In this document: positions 60,815 to 64,000 of the stretch, piece by piece
Numbering within the stretch: the first letter of the stretch is position 1
Layout: every line of letters starts with the position of its first letter
Assembly: GCA_040220235.1 (NCBI GenBank)
Contig: JAVJTO010000030.1
Reading direction: 5' to 3' (one strand)
DNA: 64,000 bases
Origin: Coleofasciculus sp. B1-GNL1-01
Lineage (GTDB): Bacteria; Cyanobacteriota; Cyanobacteriia; Cyanobacteriales; Coleofasciculaceae
The notes under the pieces: generated by a model
What the model saw: the letters and a program-made list of their open reading frames with translations, nothing else
Database searches by the model: none
What the model was told of the DNA's origin: nothing
Made by a program: the position numbers and the translations under genes

Positions 60815-61849
60815 TTAGCTGATCACTGAAGCTTTACCCACAGTCTCTCGACCATGAGGTTCCATCAGGCTAGACACATCCGGACCGCTGGGGATAATTC
60901 CGCCAGGATTCAGCGGAAACAAATTCCCATAATAATCTCGCTTAACACTCTCTAAATCGCAGGTGTCCGCAACCCCCGGAAGCTGATACAAATCGCGCAG
61001 GTAAGCACCTAAATTTTGATAGTCTTTAATCCGGCGACGGTTGCACTTAAAGAGTCCGTAATAGACAATATCAAAGCGGAATAGGGTTGTAAATAGACGC
61101 ACATCTGCCAACGTCACTCTATCCCCACATAAATAGCGATTTGTCTCTAGCACCGCATCAATTTCATTGAGTGTAGTAAATAATTCATCACAGGCTTGAT
61201 CATAAGCTTCTTGAGATTGGGCAAAACCGCAGCGATATACCCCATTATTCACCGTATGGTAAATTTTATCATTCCACTCAGCGATCGCGGACTTCAGATC
61301 CTCTGGATACAAGTCCAGTGCAGCATTCTTCGCGAATTGATTAAACTGAGAGTTGAGCATGACAATAATCTCGGCACTCTCATTATTAACAATTGTCTTC
61401 GTCTGGTTGTCCCACAATACGGGAACCGTCGAACGCCCACCGTAACCGGATTGGGCTAACTGGTATAATTCTGGCAACGTGTGACAGCCCTGTTCGGGTT
61501 TCTCAAACACCCAGATTCCCTGATCTGAAGATGGCGAGACAATCGACACACCGATAACCTCATCCAATCCCTTCAGCGCCCTCACAACCAGCGTCCGGTG
61601 CGCCCAAGGACATCCGAGTCCTACAAACAGAGTATAGCGCCCCGGGGCGGGTGGATAGGGGTTTCCGGCGTCTGTTCCAATCGCCTGTCTAAACTGACTC
61701 TCTGGGCGAATATATTCTCCCTTTTTGCTCTTCGGTGCTAGTTTGGACATCATAGTCTGCCACATTGTCGTCCAGACAAACTTGCCCAACCGAATAATTA
61801 CGGTTGAGGGAAGAGATGTACCTTTCGGTTTCCAAGAAGATGTTGCCAT
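60815..61849 (-). CDS. Glutathionyl-hydroquinone reductase-type glutathione S-transferase
   Basis: CPWAHR, TVPVLWD, VNNESAEI, NNGVYRCGFA and TLFRFDIVY motifs. Confidence 0.93.
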   Translation of the reverse strand: MATSSWKPKGTSLPSTVIIRLGKFVWTTMWQTMMSKLAPKSKKGEYIRPESQFRQAIGTDAGNPYPPAPGRYTLFVGLGCPWAHRTLVVRALKGLDEVIGVSIVSPSSDQGIWVFEKPEQGCHTLPELYQLAQSGYGGRSTVPVLWDNQTKTIVNNESAEIIVMLNSQFNQFAKNAALDLYPEDLKSAIAEWNDKIYHTVNNGVYRCGFAQSQEAYDQACDELFTTLNEIDAVLETNRYLCGDRVTLADVRLFTTLFRFDIVYYGLFKCNRRRIKDYQNLGAYLRDLYQLPGVADTCDLESVKRDYYGNLFPLNPGGIIPSGPDVSSLMEPHGRETVGKASVIS

Positions 61850-62139
61850 GAGTGAAGAAATGAAATGTATCCTACTGGCGTGATACATCTAGTTTGATGG
61901 ATTAGCTTGGGTTCGTAGTAAGGGCTTTAGCCCTATATCCTATATTCTGTTGGGTTTCCTGTCGTCAACCCAACCTACAACTACAACCTCTTCCACAATT
62001 TTAGCTGTGCCACACCCCTACTGTATCGAATAGCCGCGAATAGTAGCGATCGCGATCGCATCCAGGGATGATAGTCTAGCTACTGTTGGGTTTTCCTGCT
62101 GATCATCCAACACCAAAGCACACCAGACAACGGTTAGAT

Positions 62140-62421
62140 ATGGCTAACATCACCATCCAATCCGCAACTGAACGTGACAACGGCTGGTCTTATCAGGTAA
62201 AACTAGAAAACGATCGCGAGTATAACTACGATGTCACCCTTAGTCAATCAGACTATAACCAATGGTCGCAAGGTAAAGTTTCACCCGAACAATTAGTCGA
62301 GGCGGCGTTTGAATTCCTACTGGAACGTGAACCCGCCTCGTCTATCCTGTCAAAATTTGATTGTTCCGTAATTCGCCGCTATTTTCCAGAAGTGGATAGC
62401 GAGTTACCGAAGAAACTTTAA
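62140..62421 (+). CDS. Conserved hypothetical protein
   Basis: PEQLVEAAFEFLLEREPASSILSKFDCSVIRRYFPE pattern; ATG start at 62140. Confidence 0.8.
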   Translation: MANITIQSATERDNGWSYQVKLENDREYNYDVTLSQSDYNQWSQGKVSPEQLVEAAFEFLLEREPASSILSKFDCSVIRRYFPEVDSELPKKL

Positions 62422-63590
62422 CGGTTAAAACTCAGGCTATTCATCATCTGGTCTAACACTTGTTTATTGCGTTGATAGCGTTGACCTTGCATATCATAGG
62501 TTGTCCCAATCAGAGTTTGTCCATCGAGATCGACGAAATATAAATAAGACCGGACTCCCTCAGGGATTAATCCTATCCCTGTGGCTTTATTTTCAACAAC
62601 CACCGCTTGATACCCATCAATAGTCGTCTGACGGCGAGACAGTTCTTGACTCGTCTGGTTATCCGCACTCGCTACCCGTTCAAAGGGAACATTATCAACT
62701 CGGATATGTACGGCTTCATCGAAACTTTCAGATTGTTCTGGCAATGAAATTGATTTTGGATCAAAAACCTTACACTGTTCTACCACCGATCCGGAATTTG
62801 TCACCCAACCTTGAGGATAACTCACCGTATAACTTACCGCCTCATTGGTGCAGGTTTGGCTGAGGGCGATAGGAGAATTGTCTTCAGGTTGCTGGGCATT
62901 CACGACGTAACGATTGGGTACACCCGACACATTTTTAACTTGACATAATGCAGCAGCAACTTGCGCCCGTGTTGCCGGATCAGTGGGGCCCATCAGTCGC
63001 ATATTTGGCTTGGGAGGACTAATGAGAATGCCTTTTTTAGTGGCGGCGGCAATTTTCCCTTCGGCGTATTCAGGAATCTCTTGAGCATCCGTATAGGCGG
63101 CGTTAAGCAGGGATTCCGGGGAAGTTGGACTCTCATAATCTAACCCACTGGCGAGGGCGACAAAGGCTTCTACCCGTACAATCAAATCATTGGGTTTAAA
63201 GACTTGACCCGGATATCCAGAGAGAAATCCTTTGCGATAGGTATTTTGAATCGCATCTTGACCCCAATAGGAGGCTGAGACATCTTTAAAATTAATCGCA
63301 TTTCGTTCTAAAGAGGTATTGGGAAATGCTTGGTCAATCATCGCCGCATATTCAGCGCGAGTAATCACATTATTTGGTTTAAAGGTTTGATCGGGATAAC
63401 CACTGACTACTCCTTGCTGAGTCAATCCTTGAATACATTGTTCAGCCCAATGACCTTGGATATCTGAGTAGTTCTGTGCCTTGGCAGGTGGGGCAATACT
63501 TCCACCAAAAGCATTAGCAAAGAGTCCGACCGATAGCCAGGAAAAAATAGGTTTAAGGTGTTGGACAGAATAAAGTATAGTGTTTTTCAT
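62418..63590 (-). CDS. Secreted S-layer homology (SLH) domain protein
   Basis: Signal peptide; DIQGHWA..SGYPDQTFKPNNVITRAEYA and further SLH repeats. Confidence 0.9.
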   Translation of the reverse strand: MKNTILYSVQHLKPIFSWLSVGLFANAFGGSIAPPAKAQNYSDIQGHWAEQCIQGLTQQGVVSGYPDQTFKPNNVITRAEYAAMIDQAFPNTSLERNAINFKDVSASYWGQDAIQNTYRKGFLSGYPGQVFKPNDLIVRVEAFVALASGLDYESPTSPESLLNAAYTDAQEIPEYAEGKIAAATKKGILISPPKPNMRLMGPTDPATRAQVAAALCQVKNVSGVPNRYVVNAQQPEDNSPIALSQTCTNEAVSYTVSYPQGWVTNSGSVVEQCKVFDPKSISLPEQSESFDEAVHIRVDNVPFERVASADNQTSQELSRRQTTIDGYQAVVVENKATGIGLIPEGVRSYLYFVDLDGQTLIGTTYDMQGQRYQRNKQVLDQMMNSLSFNR

Positions 63591-64000
63591 AGCACCCAAT
63601 TCTCTAAGGTTTTGATGTATTGGGTATCTTTTAGCAAAAATACGATCCTATATGCCTCTAACTTAAGAGGATGATTGGATTGGGGGTTTTTATAACTTTA
63701 GGTAGAGGCGCGATCGCTCTTTTCAGGAAGCTGTTCAGTATTTAGGTTGGCATCCTTAAATTCTACAAAGGTAACAGGGAACGGGGAACAGGGAATAGGG
63801 AATAGGGAATACTCAATTTAAATCCACATCAGCTTAATGGGCTTCCACCCAAAGGTGTGGTCATGTCATTTACTCAGATAGAGAATTTTGCTTTGATTCT
63901 ATCTGCGACGAATTGACTTGAAGTATTGTATTAATGTCCCGCTTGGGTGCAATACAGGCATTGTAAAAATGTGATAATGAGTCGTCAGGCAATCGCACCT

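Overview
Chromosomal window from a cyanobacterium (psbO, acsF, glnB, cyanobacterial tmRNA tag, dense HIP1 GCGATCGC sites, heptamer tandem repeats). The repeat load suggests a filamentous Oscillatoriales/Coleofasciculus-like strain, which is inference only. The right third (about 43.8-64 kb) is mostly core genes. The left two thirds are accessory and scarred by gene remnants, TA-targeting MITEs and GTAG-type REP-like palindromes. Highlights: (1) a 1262-aa wHTH-like/P-loop (STAND-like) protein carrying ten near-identical 37-aa repeats with a hypervariable di-residue, which recalls TALE or NLR diversifying repeats; (2) a tail-to-tail Ser/Thr kinase-class III cyclase-NACHT-transmembrane fusion; (3) an arginine-centred island made of a split ArgZ/AgrE, an M20 hydrolase, a LuxR-NB-ARC-WD40 regulator, a TauD-type dioxygenase and an atypical ArgG, flanked by truncated genes; (4) a 565-bp ORF-less IS200/IS605-type element, probably carrying an omegaRNA, inserted cleanly into a CHAT protease remnant. 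All calls come from reading the sequence by eye. No searches were run.
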